Source: an archaeon
GTDB taxonomy: Archaea; Nanobdellota; Nanobdellia; Pacearchaeales; GW2011-AR1
Assembly (NCBI GenBank): GCA_038121585.1
Contig: JAYONY010000002.1
Span: 95,341-159,340, forward strand
Length of the DNA stretch: 64,000 bases
Reading direction: 5' to 3'
Positions 46,104 through 55,345 of the stretch are shown here, in pieces. The notes under the pieces were generated by a model. The model was not told where the DNA came from. It saw only the letters and a program-made list of their open reading frames with translations, and did no database searches. A program made the translations under genes and the position numbers. Each line of letters opens with the position of its first letter. The stretch's first letter is position 1.

Positions 46104-46298
46104 ATGACAGAAAAATCGAAATATACTCGCTCGATAACAATTCGAGTGCCAGAAGATGTATACAAGGCATTAGAGAAGCGTGCAGAGTACAAGAAGAAGT
46201 ATTTTGGCAAGTACAGGCCTGCAGATGTCGTTAGAACGGCTGTGATTAAACACCTTAAGGCTAAAGGCTTGCTTGACAAGGATAAAAATTATCTTTAG
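46104..46298 (+). CDS. Ribbon-helix-helix DNA-binding protein
   Basis: RSITIRVPEDVYKALEKRAE. Trimmed from GTG 46095 to ATG 46104. Its 3' end overlaps the fic stop. Confidence 0.5.
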   Translation: MTEKSKYTRSITIRVPEDVYKALEKRAEYKKKYFGKYRPADVVRTAVIKHLKAKGLLDKDKNYL

Positions 46299-47197
46299 AA
46301 TCGTAGTTCATTCTTCTTGTACAGGTTTACCATAAGTTCTACAAATGGTCGTAGGTTGCCTTTCATTTGTGCTGATTGTAGCGCTTTGTAGTATTTTTGT
46401 TTGGTCTTATTGGGTATGTTTATCATTGGAAGCTTTTCTTTATGTAGGATAAAGTTCATGAGTAGTCTTCCTACTCGTCCATTGCCATCTACAAACGGGT
46501 GTACTGTCTCAAACCCAACGTGCACATAGGCAGCGATAATTACTGGATGTAACTTCTTTTTGTTTTTTGAATACCATGCGAGCAATGCCTTCATTTCTCT
46601 TGAAACTTCTGCTGGTTTTGGAGGTAGCCATTCTACTCCTCTGATAAATACTTGGCTTGTTCTGTACTTGCCAACTTGATCCCTTAAGTGTGGCTTTAAT
46701 GTTTCTTTTACTACAAGTTTGTGTAGGTGACAAATAAAATTCTTGGTGATGTCTCCTTTGTATTTGAGGAGATAGTCAAATGCTTTTTTGTGGTTTAGTG
46801 CTTCGTTGATTTCTCGTAATGATTTGTTGCTTGGTACTCGTTTATCAAAGAGTAAGAATGATGTTTCTTGTAAGGACATTGTATTTCCTTCAATTGCTGT
46901 TGAGTCATAGGTGAAGAGTGAAGTAAATGCTTCATATCTATTCTCATAGGTTGCTTTTGGTTCGTTAGCAAATTCTTTCTTGAGTTTTTCGAGAAAATCT
47001 TTTTCTGTATGTTGTAGAAGATAGGCTAGTGGGGAGAGTTCTTTGTCTGCTTCTATTTCTGCTTCTTTGAGCTCTTTTTTAGAAAGGTTAACTCCTAGGT
47101 ATACGCTTTTACGTTTGACTTTCTTCCCTTCTCTCACTGATCTAATCCTGTAATAGTATTTCTTACTATTTTTTTCTTTAATTTCTGTGAATGCCAT
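46295..47197 (-). CDS. Fic-domain protein (AMPylase family)
   Basis: HPFVDGNGRVGRLL equals HxFx(D/E)GNGRxxR. Confidence 0.85.
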   Translation of the reverse strand: MAFTEIKEKNSKKYYYRIRSVREGKKVKRKSVYLGVNLSKKELKEAEIEADKELSPLAYLLQHTEKDFLEKLKKEFANEPKATYENRYEAFTSLFTYDSTAIEGNTMSLQETSFLLFDKRVPSNKSLREINEALNHKKAFDYLLKYKGDITKNFICHLHKLVVKETLKPHLRDQVGKYRTSQVFIRGVEWLPPKPAEVSREMKALLAWYSKNKKKLHPVIIAAYVHVGFETVHPFVDGNGRVGRLLMNFILHKEKLPMINIPNKTKQKYYKALQSAQMKGNLRPFVELMVNLYKKNELRF

Positions 47198-47208
47198 ATA
47201 CTAATATA

Positions 47209-47319
47209 TACGTCTACATTATATATAAATTTATCTGATATGTAGACGTAATTAGATAATCTAGTTAAGTCATTTATACTTCTACATTTAATGATTATTA
47301 CAATGATATGTAGACGTAA
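47209..47319. repeat. Inverted plus direct repeats of ATGTAGACGTA
   Basis: TACGTCTACAT (47209..47219) is inverted relative to ATGTAGACGTA (47240..47250). GATATGTAGACGTAA occurs at 47237..47251 and 47305..47319. Confidence 0.7.
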
Positions 47320-47534
47320 ATTCTTTCTTAAGATGAAAGTACTACTGCAACAGTTCGCGAGTACGCGAACTAGTGCTTCCAGACTTATATAATTTTGCTC
47401 CAGAGAAAAATGGATCAAAGATCTTTTATTCATGTTGGATCGAGAATGGATAAATGTGGAGAATATTAGGGGTATGGGGGCTATAATTGGCGAATTTTTT
47501 TTTGGTACGTGGATCAGGATTTGGAGTTTTTGGC

Positions 47535-50477
47535 TCATTTTTTGAAGTAAGATAGAAGATGTTTCTGGATATTTCGTTTGTCAAATGTCTTTCCGTGCTT
47601 GCCGTATTTTCCACTTATTCTTGAATGGGTGACTACGAAGAACCAGTCTTTCTTGTATTCTTTAGTTAGTCTCTCTGACTTTTCTACTAATTGTTTCTTA
47701 AATGTCTGCAAGACTTTGCCCGTTTCAACTTCTATCGCTATCTTTTTGCGTCCTACTTGGAAAATAATATCTGGTTTTGTTGTTTCATACAGCCATACTT
47801 TATCTGTGTGCTTTAGTAGAAAGTTTGCGATGTCATAGGTGAGTAGGCAGTGGTGGTTTGATTCATTGCTTCTTGGTTTTATGAGGAAGCGTTCGACGTT
47901 TCCTTCTATTGTTTGATATTCTACATCTTTGAATCCTTTTGATAAGAGGAATTTTCCTTCTTCTAGACTTATGTCTTTGTAAGAATGGAATGGCCATTCT
48001 GGATCGACTTTTATCTGTACTTCTTTGAGTTTCTTTGGTCGTTCAACTGGTTTATGTTTTTCTTTTTGTTGTAGTAGCTCGTCTGGATTTGTGGTGATTA
48101 TTTTGTGTTCTTCTGGTGAGGCAACGATTTGTATTTCTGAGTGTTCATCTTCCATTAGGAGTATACCTTCTCCAACTCCTGCAGTAAGTAAGTGGGCTCG
48201 TTCTGCTTCACTTAAGAAAAATGTTTTCTGGATGTTTTGAATTACTGCTGGCTTTTGTCGCATGAGTAGGGTGTATGAGCTGTTTGCTAGAACTGATTTT
48301 CCTGCGTTGGAGTCTAGCATTCCTTCTACTTCTTGGTTGATGAGGAATAGTGCGAGGTTGAATTTTCTGCAGGTCTTGACTATTTCAAATATGTAGCTTG
48401 CGTCTTCTGCTCGTCCTAGGAGCGACCAAGCTTCATCAATCACTAAGAGCTTACGATCTAATGTTTCCTTCATTTTCATATAGATATAGTCGAGTACGAG
48501 GAACATTACTGTTGGCTTAACTTGTTTGGGCATGGTGCCGATATCAAAAGTTACGAATTGGTTGTTGAAGTTGATGTTTGTGTGTTTGTTGAGGAATGAG
48601 AAAACGCCATCCACGTACATGCTCATTCGAGTGATAAGACTTCGAATAGTTGTCTTTTCCAGTTGGACAGCTTTACGCTCTAGTCGTTTGAGTGCTTTAA
48701 GCACGTCTTCTAGTATTGGTGGTTTGTTATGCCATGTTTTTGGATCGTTAGTTATGCCTTTTGACTCATAAGCTATGGTGAGTGCTTTGTCGATGAATGC
48801 TCGTTGTGGGCTGGTGAGTTCTCCGAGCATGATTTTCATGAGGTCAATAAGGGCTAGTCGTTTTTCGTGGTAGTCGTGTCCCATGAGATCGAGTGGGTTG
48901 ATGATTGTTGTGGAGGTTCTTGAGAGGTTGATTCGTTGGCCGTTGAATCGTTTGGTGAGTGCTTGGTATTCTCCTTGTGGGTCTATGACCATGACTTTGG
49001 TGCCGTTGAGTAGGTAGCGTGAGATGAGTAGTTTTGCCATGTAGCTTTTTCCTGATCCTGAGCTTGCGAGGCATAGTCCGTTTGGGTTTGAGAGGGTGAA
49101 TATGTCTTTGATTATTGGTATGTTGTTTTTGTTTTGTCCGAGCCACACTCCTGTTTTGTCGACTTGTAGGAATGATGAGGTGAAGGGGAAGAATGCTGAT
49201 AGTGCGTTTGTGGTTACGTTGCGTTGTTTTTTGAGTGCGTTGTGTGCGAGTGGTGCGCAGGATTGAAATCCTTGCGTCATCTGAAATGAAGCCTGCTTAG
49301 GGATTATTAATAGGGCGTTAAGTTCTGATTCTATTCGTTTTGTGAGTAGGTCGAGTTCTTCTTTTGTTTTTGCCCTACAACTTACGTAGAGGCTGACGTT
49401 GAAGAGTTTTTCTTTTCCTTTCTGTAGGTTTTTGAGCACTGCTCTGGTGTCTTCGTATTGTATTTCGAGGCTTGGGTTGAGGCTTTCTTTTTGTTTTGCG
49501 GCGTAGAGGTCTGCTCGTTGTTTTTGTAGTTCTTTGTTGAGTGAGATCATCATTGTTTCTATGTCGTAGGGTTCTATGTGTAGTGAGAGGTCGAAGTTGC
49601 CGAGTGAGCTCACGATTTTATCGAGGAATCCTGATTCTACGTTTCGTGGGTAGCCGTGTGCGTGTATTGTTCTGCTGAGTGTGTTGCCTATTTTGATGTA
49701 GTTTGGATTGTTTTCTATGCGTACTGAGGCGAGGTTTTCGACTTCGAAGAAGTTGTGTATGAGTGCTTGTAGGTCGTAGTCTTTGAGTCGTTTGCTTCTC
49801 AGGCCGATGCTGTTGAGTTTGTCTTTGCAAATGTGTGCTTGTATGTTGATATCGGTTTTTTCTGGTATGAGCACGTAGAAGTTGCGGTTCATGACATCGT
49901 GGTCTGATGCTATGCTTTGTAAGTGTTCTTTGTATTTGGTGAATAGGTTCTCGAATTTCTTTGTTTTTTGGAGTCGTTTGGTAAGGCTTTTGAAGTATTC
50001 TTTAAGGTCTAGTTTTTCTGTGTTCATTAATACTTGTATTGGGAAGTCGAGTAAATTCAGGAATTTTTGGAACATCATGATGGTTGCTTCTTGTGATTCT
50101 TTTGGTTTGATTGAGAAGTTGATGGGTGTGATTTTGAGCACTGCTATTTTTCTGCCGTCATTGGTGTGTATGAGGTCGTCTTTGATGGTGTTGAGTGATA
50201 CGAATTTGGCTATTTTTTCGGGGTTGTCTATTCTGCGGGTGAGTAACCAATGATACCAGACTCGTAAGTTGTGATCTAAGTTGAGAAACATAAATCCCGT
50301 AGCGAGTCCGGTTAGCAGTATTGAGTAGAATATTCGTAAGTAGAGTTCCATGCTGGTTTTGAATAAGAGTATGGGGATGAATGGGGTGAATAGGAAGGCG
50401 TAGGCTAGTTGTTTGAATGTGAGTCCGAACATTATTTTCTCATTATATTCGAGTCGTTGTGGTATTTCGTATGCCAT
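47535..50477 (-). CDS. VirB3-VirB4-like T4SS ATPase with C-terminal PD-(D/E)xK-like extension
   Basis: Two N-terminal TMs, Walker A SSGSGKS, LLVIDEAWSLL, FLINQE. The last ~105 aa contain KPDIIF..IAIEVETGK. Confidence 0.75.
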   Translation of the reverse strand: MAYEIPQRLEYNEKIMFGLTFKQLAYAFLFTPFIPILLFKTSMELYLRIFYSILLTGLATGFMFLNLDHNLRVWYHWLLTRRIDNPEKIAKFVSLNTIKDDLIHTNDGRKIAVLKITPINFSIKPKESQEATIMMFQKFLNLLDFPIQVLMNTEKLDLKEYFKSLTKRLQKTKKFENLFTKYKEHLQSIASDHDVMNRNFYVLIPEKTDINIQAHICKDKLNSIGLRSKRLKDYDLQALIHNFFEVENLASVRIENNPNYIKIGNTLSRTIHAHGYPRNVESGFLDKIVSSLGNFDLSLHIEPYDIETMMISLNKELQKQRADLYAAKQKESLNPSLEIQYEDTRAVLKNLQKGKEKLFNVSLYVSCRAKTKEELDLLTKRIESELNALLIIPKQASFQMTQGFQSCAPLAHNALKKQRNVTTNALSAFFPFTSSFLQVDKTGVWLGQNKNNIPIIKDIFTLSNPNGLCLASSGSGKSYMAKLLISRYLLNGTKVMVIDPQGEYQALTKRFNGQRINLSRTSTTIINPLDLMGHDYHEKRLALIDLMKIMLGELTSPQRAFIDKALTIAYESKGITNDPKTWHNKPPILEDVLKALKRLERKAVQLEKTTIRSLITRMSMYVDGVFSFLNKHTNINFNNQFVTFDIGTMPKQVKPTVMFLVLDYIYMKMKETLDRKLLVIDEAWSLLGRAEDASYIFEIVKTCRKFNLALFLINQEVEGMLDSNAGKSVLANSSYTLLMRQKPAVIQNIQKTFFLSEAERAHLLTAGVGEGILLMEDEHSEIQIVASPEEHKIITTNPDELLQQKEKHKPVERPKKLKEVQIKVDPEWPFHSYKDISLEEGKFLLSKGFKDVEYQTIEGNVERFLIKPRSNESNHHCLLTYDIANFLLKHTDKVWLYETTKPDIIFQVGRKKIAIEVETGKVLQTFKKQLVEKSERLTKEYKKDWFFVVTHSRISGKYGKHGKTFDKRNIQKHLLSYFKK

Positions 50478-51305
50478 TTAGAGTTTCCTCCCGAAGCTTT
50501 TGATTGTGGTGTAGAGGTTGAGTCCTGCTTTGATGATTGCAAAGCAGAGTAAGAAGATGGTGATGGTGTTGATGGTCATGAATGCGGCGATGAGTATGAT
50601 GATGTCAAATGATGCGAAGGTTGAGAGTCCTACGAGTTCTGAAAATCCGATTAGGAGTATGGCGTCAAGGAACGTAACGAATATTGCGATGCCTAAGAAG
50701 TTGAGTATGAGGAGTCCGTATTGTTTGATTGGTGGTAGGAAGTAGGCGAAGATTGCGAGTGGTAAGAAGACAACGCCTACTGAAACGAATGCGTATCTGA
50801 TAGTGAGTATGAGTGCTGTGCCAAGTAATACTAGTACGTATACGATTCCTAGGATTATTGACACTCCTAAATCGCCTACGCTATCTAGTGTGAGTAGGAA
50901 GAGGTCTGTGTTTATGAGGCTTAATGTAGTGCTTGTCATAATTGCTGACAGTTCTATTGTAAGATCGTAGAGGAAGAATGATGCTTGCAGCAGGATTATC
51001 ATTATGGCGATGTTTTGGAGCCATTGTTTTGCTTCGTCTCTTTTTCGTGAGTCATGGCCTGAGATCATGAATCGCAAGCCTGCTGAAAGGAGTAAGAGGC
51101 CATAAAACATTGATAAAACGTAGATGATGATTATCCAGAGGTTAAGGAATAAATCAATATTGATTGGTTCTGAAAGTAAGTCAAGAACTAAATTGAGAAA
51201 TGGAGTTATTGGGGCATTAAGAATATTCGCAAGATACTCAAATAGTTTTTGTGGTAGGCATGAGCCAAGACTTAAGAGCCCACACTCAGCCATTGGAGGA
51301 ACCAC
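50478..51305 (-). CDS. Polytopic membrane protein, VirB6/TrbL-like by position and topology
   Basis: 275 aa, about 6 TMs, immediately upstream of the VirB4-like gene. Confidence 0.4.
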   Translation of the reverse strand: MVPPMAECGLLSLGSCLPQKLFEYLANILNAPITPFLNLVLDLLSEPINIDLFLNLWIIIIYVLSMFYGLLLLSAGLRFMISGHDSRKRDEAKQWLQNIAIMIILLQASFFLYDLTIELSAIMTSTTLSLINTDLFLLTLDSVGDLGVSIILGIVYVLVLLGTALILTIRYAFVSVGVVFLPLAIFAYFLPPIKQYGLLILNFLGIAIFVTFLDAILLIGFSELVGLSTFASFDIIILIAAFMTINTITIFLLCFAIIKAGLNLYTTIKSFGRKL

Positions 51306-51673
51306 GAAGATTTAGTTAGTACCGAGAAAATACCATAATTAATAAGGCCAAGTATGAAAACATTCCACGCAGTGAGCATAGTGCTCGTGTCTAGGTCTTG
51401 TGCTTCTGCCTCATAATCAGGTACAATTACTGTTGTTGGTTGGTATTCCCAAATATCACCTTCGTACTCATATGATTCTGTCCAGAGAATTAAGAGCACT
51501 GCTTGCTCTTCTAAAAAATCTAGATCTGCTTCTTCAACATAATCACAATCTTCCCGATATTGGTCTTCGTAGTCTGTGAAGTTGGCGCAGGTGAGGAACG
51601 CTGTTACGCTTGAAGTCTTGTAAACGAGTACGAGACTTACCAGTACGATCAAAACTATTTTTTGCTTTTTCAT
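51272..51673 (-). CDS. Secreted acidic protein with C-terminal anchor
   Basis: Signal/anchor MKKQKIVLIVLVSLVLV, Asp/Glu/Tyr-rich middle, C-terminal TM. Confidence 0.4.
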   Translation of the reverse strand: MKKQKIVLIVLVSLVLVYKTSSVTAFLTCANFTDYEDQYREDCDYVEEADLDFLEEQAVLLILWTESYEYEGDIWEYQPTTVIVPDYEAEAQDLDTSTMLTAWNVFILGLINYGIFSVLTKSSWFLQWLSVGS

Positions 51674-51674
51674 T

Positions 51675-52016
51675 TTATGCTACGATGTATTGTACTACTA
51701 GGGGTGCTGCCCAAATAATAACGAGTCCGATAAGGACGTACATTGCCATGCTCTTAGCACTTTCACGCTTCTTAGGTTCAGAACCACTGGTAATGTAGTT
51801 GATACCTGCAAGCAATAGCACGAGTGCAGCGATGACCGTAGCGATGTACTTGACCAAGTTATAAATCTTAATTACTGGTTCTAAGATTTGGTCAAACACT
51901 GCCTGATCTTCCTCACTGATCTCGCCTTCAATCACTTGTGCGCTCACAAGTTGTGCTAGTAGCAAGAACAAAAAGCTTGCAACCAAAAGGTATTTAGTTC
52001 TCATACGATTACTCAC
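51675..52016 (-). CDS. VirB2/TrbC-like pilin candidate
   Basis: 113 aa: signal peptide ..LVSAQ, then two hydrophobic helices separated by a short basic loop (SGSEPKKRESAK). Confidence 0.45.
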   Translation of the reverse strand: MSNRMRTKYLLVASFLFLLLAQLVSAQVIEGEISEEDQAVFDQILEPVIKIYNLVKYIATVIAALVLLLAGINYITSGSEPKKRESAKSMAMYVLIGLVIIWAAPLVVQYIVA

Positions 52017-52050
52017 TTGACCGTCTATTTATAGTGCCTAGTGAAAAAAA

Positions 52051-52093
52051 TAGTATACTTTTTAGTACACAAAATAGTACACATTTTAGTACA
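52051..52093. repeat. Four 12-bp-phased iterons TAGTA(C/T)AC
   Basis: Copies start at 52051, 52063, 52075 and 52087, in the divergent intergenic region between the pilin-like operon and 52140..52469. Confidence 0.7.
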
Positions 52094-52139
52094 TTTTTTT
52101 TCTCCGACTCCTTAAAAAATACAACGTGCAAGAAAAAGT

Positions 52140-52469
52140 ATGGAAAGCACACTCGTCCAAGAACCACAACAAGAAAGTTGGGTTGATATCTTGCACAAAG
52201 CAATGGCGCAAAAAGAAAAGCCAAAACCCGAACCAGAACCACAACAAAAACCAACACAAGGACTTTACACAATCTTATTTCGAAGACTAGAAGAAATCCG
52301 AAAAGACTGTCACAAAGAAATCATTCCATTCCCCGTATTGTTTGAGAAGTTATGTCGTAATTTCTCAATCTCAAAACAAGAATGTTGGGACATACTCTTT
52401 ATGTTAAGAGATGTTGGGTTGATTGAGATCGTGCCTTATCGTGGCGTTAAGTTCGGGTTTATTTCATAA
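52140..52469 (+). CDS. Small conserved element protein (wHTH-like), homolog of 31280..31507
   Basis: See 31280..31507. It has an extra Pro/Glu/Lys-rich N-terminus. Confidence 0.5.
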   Translation: MESTLVQEPQQESWVDILHKAMAQKEKPKPEPEPQQKPTQGLYTILFRRLEEIRKDCHKEIIPFPVLFEKLCRNFSISKQECWDILFMLRDVGLIEIVPYRGVKFGFIS

Positions 52470-52474
52470 TGAAT

Positions 52475-53359
52475 CTAAGTTTCGAAGGAACATTCTTTCC
52501 CAGAGCAGTATTTTTCGCTTTCTAGTTCGAGTGTTGAGTGTTCTATGTTGTGTTTGGCTAGGTTGTTTTTTATGGATTTTCTAATTTTGTCAGGATTCTT
52601 AAGGTATTTATCTTCCACTATCACATGGGCTGTTAAGATGCCTGTTTCCCCTTCTAGTGACCATACGTGAACATCGTGAATGCCAATTACTCCTTTGATG
52701 GTTCGTACTGATTTTTTAATTTTTTCAATGTTTATGTGTTGTGGAACACCTTCGAGTAGCAGGTTAAATGTTTCTCGTATATTTTTTGTAACGCCCCATA
52801 ATACAAATACTGTGAATCCGATAGTCATTATTGGATCTATAATGTGGTTGTCTGAGAATTTGATTAGTATCGATCCAGTTAGCAGGACTATCCATCCTAG
52901 CATATCTTCTAGTAAATGCCATGAGAGTATTTTTTCGTTTTGACTGAGTCCCTTTTTTAATTTTATGAACCCTATGCTGTTTACTATTATGCCAATTATT
53001 GCTACTATTATCATCCCGCTTGCATCGACGTGTTCTGGACTTATTAATCTAGGAATTGTTTTTGATAATATGAATAATGATCCTGCGATTAGTACGATCG
53101 CTGCAAAGAGGGATGATAGGAGTGATAATCTTCTATATCCGAATGTTCTTTTCAAATCGGCTGGTTTATCAGATTTTTTTTCTGCAAACCACGCGACTAT
53201 TAGGACAATGCTATCTCCAAGATCATGTAATGCATCGGCCAATAGGGCTAAACTGTTTGTGAGAATTCCCCCGACTATTTCTATGATTGTAAAGAATATA
53301 TTCAGAAGTGCAGCAAACCCTACATTTTTCGCTCTATGGCCCATAATATAATTTATCAA
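52475..53359 (-). CDS. Cation diffusion facilitator (CzcD/ZitB-like)
   Basis: ALLADALHDLGDS, six TMs, cytoplasmic C-terminal domain. Confidence 0.85.
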   Translation of the reverse strand: MINYIMGHRAKNVGFAALLNIFFTIIEIVGGILTNSLALLADALHDLGDSIVLIVAWFAEKKSDKPADLKRTFGYRRLSLLSSLFAAIVLIAGSLFILSKTIPRLISPEHVDASGMIIVAIIGIIVNSIGFIKLKKGLSQNEKILSWHLLEDMLGWIVLLTGSILIKFSDNHIIDPIMTIGFTVFVLWGVTKNIRETFNLLLEGVPQHINIEKIKKSVRTIKGVIGIHDVHVWSLEGETGILTAHVIVEDKYLKNPDKIRKSIKNNLAKHNIEHSTLELESEKYCSGKECSFET

Positions 53360-53413
53360 ATAGGGTATTAATTATTATCTGTATAGTTGCTATTATTTTT
53401 GTTTTGAAGCTCT

Positions 53414-55345
53414 TTAGATCTTTTTTCTTCTCAATAAATTAGCGTTGGTTACTACGGTGATGCTTGATGCTGCCATTGCAATTTCTGCGATTACTGGGTG
53501 TAGTAGTCCTGCTATTGCGAGTGGTATTGCGATTACGTTGTAGGCGAATGCCCAGAAGAGGTTTTGTTTTATTTTGCTGAATGTTGATCGTGAGAGGTTG
53601 ATTCCTTGTACTACTCCTTCTAGTGATCCTTTTGCGAGTACGATGTCTCCTGCTTCTATTGCTATGTCTGTTCCTGTTCCCATTGCTATGCCTACGTTTG
53701 CTTGTTTGAGTGCTGGTGCGTCATTGATTCCATCGCCTACGAATGCTACCATTCCTTCTTTTTGGAGTGCTTCGACTTTTTTTGCTTTGTCTTCTGGTAG
53801 TACGTTGGCGATTACTTCGTCTATTCCTACTTCTCGTGCTATTGCTTGTGCTGTGCGTTCGTTGTCTCCTGTGATCATGACTGTTGTGTAGCCTTCGTGT
53901 TTGAGACGTACTATTGCTTTTCTTGAGTCGTCTTTTACTGCGTCTGCGACTCCTATTACTCCGAGCACTTTGTTGTTTTCTGCTACTATCATTGTTGTCT
54001 TTCCATCGTTCTCTAGTTTTTCTAGGTGTGGTTTGATTTTTGTGAGTGGTATTTTCTTTTCTTTCATGAGGCGTGCGTTTCCGATGTACATTTGTTTTTT
54101 GTTGATTATTCCTTGTACTCCGCGTCCTCGTAGTATTTTGAATTTGGTTACTTTTTTGTAGTTTTTGATGTTTGCGTGTTCTACTATTGATTTGGCTATT
54201 GGGTGTTCGCTGAGTTTTTCTAGTGATGCTGCTTTTGCTATCATGTCTTGTTCTTTTGATTTTGTGAGTGCGTGGATGTTTGTGACTTCTGGCTTTCCTT
54301 TTGTTATAGTCCCTGTTTTGTCGAATACTACTGTTTTGACTTCTTTCATTGTTTGTATTGCTTCTCCTTTTCGTATGAGGATGCCTTTTTTTGCGCCGAT
54401 GCCTGAGCCTACCATAAGTGCTATTGGTGTTGCGAGTCCTAGGGAGCAGGGGCATGCTATGACGAGTACTGAGATTGCTACACCTACCGCGCGGCTGATG
54501 TCTTGTGTGAAGATCCACCAGTTGAAGAATGTGAGGAGTGCTACCATGAGGATTATTGGTACGAAGACGTTGGTGATTTTATCAGCTACTTTTTGTATTG
54601 GTACTTTTGTTCCTTGTGCTTCTTCGACGAGTTCTATGATGTGGGCTAGGAATGTGTCTCCGCCGACTTTTGTTGCTTTGATGTAGAGTATGCCGTCTTG
54701 GTTTATTGTTGCTCCGATGACGGTACTTTTTGGTTTTTTGTCTGTTGGTATGCTTTCGCCTGTGACCATGCTTTCATCTACTGAGCTATCTCCTTTTGTG
54801 ACTATTCCGTCTGTTGGGATTTTTTCTCCTGGTCGTACTACCATTATATCTCCAATTTTTACATCTTCTATTGGGACTTCGATTTCTTCTTTTCCTTGTA
54901 GTATTATTGCTTTTTTTGCTCCTAGTTCTAGTAGTTTTCGTATTTCTGAGCTTGCTCGTCCTTTGGCTTTTGATTCGATGTATTTTCCGGTGATGAATAT
55001 GGTCATGATCATTGCTGATACTCCTGAGTAGTCTTCAAAGCCATAGAATGAGAGTATTCCTGTAAAGTAGGCTATTACTGTTCCTAGTCCTATGAGGGAG
55101 TCCATATTGAAGTAGAATGTGTAGAATCCTCTGATGCCACTTCGTATTGTCTGCCAGCCAATTATGAATATTACGGGGAATCCAAGTATGAGTAGTGCTA
55201 TTGGCATTGTTCCCATCGGTATGATTGGCATACCAAACATCATTCCGGAGTACATGATTGCCATTATGGGGATGGTGAGTGACCATGCCCATATGAGCTT
55301 CCGCTTCCAACTTTTGATTTCTTTTTCTTCTATTGATTCTTCCAT
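53414..55345 (-). CDS. copA: Copper-translocating P1B-type ATPase, copy 2
   Basis: [32 protein letters not shown]. Collinear with 33605..35539. Confidence 0.9.
   Translation of the reverse strand: MEESIEEKEIKSWKRKLIWAWSLTIPIMAIMYSGMMFGMPIIPMGTMPIALLILGFPVIFIIGWQTIRSGIRGFYTFYFNMDSLIGLGTVIAYFTGILSFYGFEDYSGVSAMIMTIFITGKYIESKAKGRASSEIRKLLELGAKKAIILQGKEEIEVPIEDVKIGDIMVVRPGEKIPTDGIVTKGDSSVDESMVTGESIPTDKKPKSTVIGATINQDGILYIKATKVGGDTFLAHIIELVEEAQGTKVPIQKVADKITNVFVPIILMVALLTFFNWWIFTQDISRAVGVAISVLVIACPCSLGLATPIALMVGSGIGAKKGILIRKGEAIQTMKEVKTVVFDKTGTITKGKPEVTNIHALTKSKEQDMIAKAASLEKLSEHPIAKSIVEHANIKNYKKVTKFKILRGRGVQGIINKKQMYIGNARLMKEKKIPLTKIKPHLEKLENDGKTTMIVAENNKVLGVIGVADAVKDDSRKAIVRLKHEGYTTVMITGDNERTAQAIAREVGIDEVIANVLPEDKAKKVEALQKEGMVAFVGDGINDAPALKQANVGIAMGTGTDIAIEAGDIVLAKGSLEGVVQGINLSRSTFSKIKQNLFWAFAYNVIAIPLAIAGLLHPVIAEIAMAASSITVVTNANLLRRKKI

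Noticed and set aside
48844-50253. ORFs 48844..49146, 49618..49830 and 49882..50253 inside the VirB4-like gene.
   Set aside because: They are out of frame with a well-supported ATPase frame. Their composition is Arg/Thr/His/Gln-rich or hydrophobic junk. The cause is the same skew artefact.
10744-52093. CRISPR array candidates.
   Set aside because: The only periodic repeats are the coding 54-bp Ser/Gly repeat and the 12-bp iterons. Neither has 25-40-bp repeats with unique spacers, and no cas genes are present.
52009-52272. 87-aa minus-strand ORF spanning the iteron region and the start of the 109-aa gene.
   Set aside because: It runs through the divergent promoter and iterons, antisense to a gene that has a homolog in E1. 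Its composition is hydrophobic Val/Phe/Leu junk.
53574-55031. Series of long ORFs inside copA copy 2 on both strands (53574..53891, 53721..54518, 53901..54161, 54165..54686, 54690..55031). The equivalent set occurs in copA copy 1 (33810..35222).
   Set aside because: They overlap a frame with complete P1B-ATPase motifs (TGES, CPC, DKTGT, GDGxNDAP). Their translations are low-complexity Ser/Thr/Arg/His strings. They are shadow ORFs caused by stop-codon scarcity on an A-poor strand.
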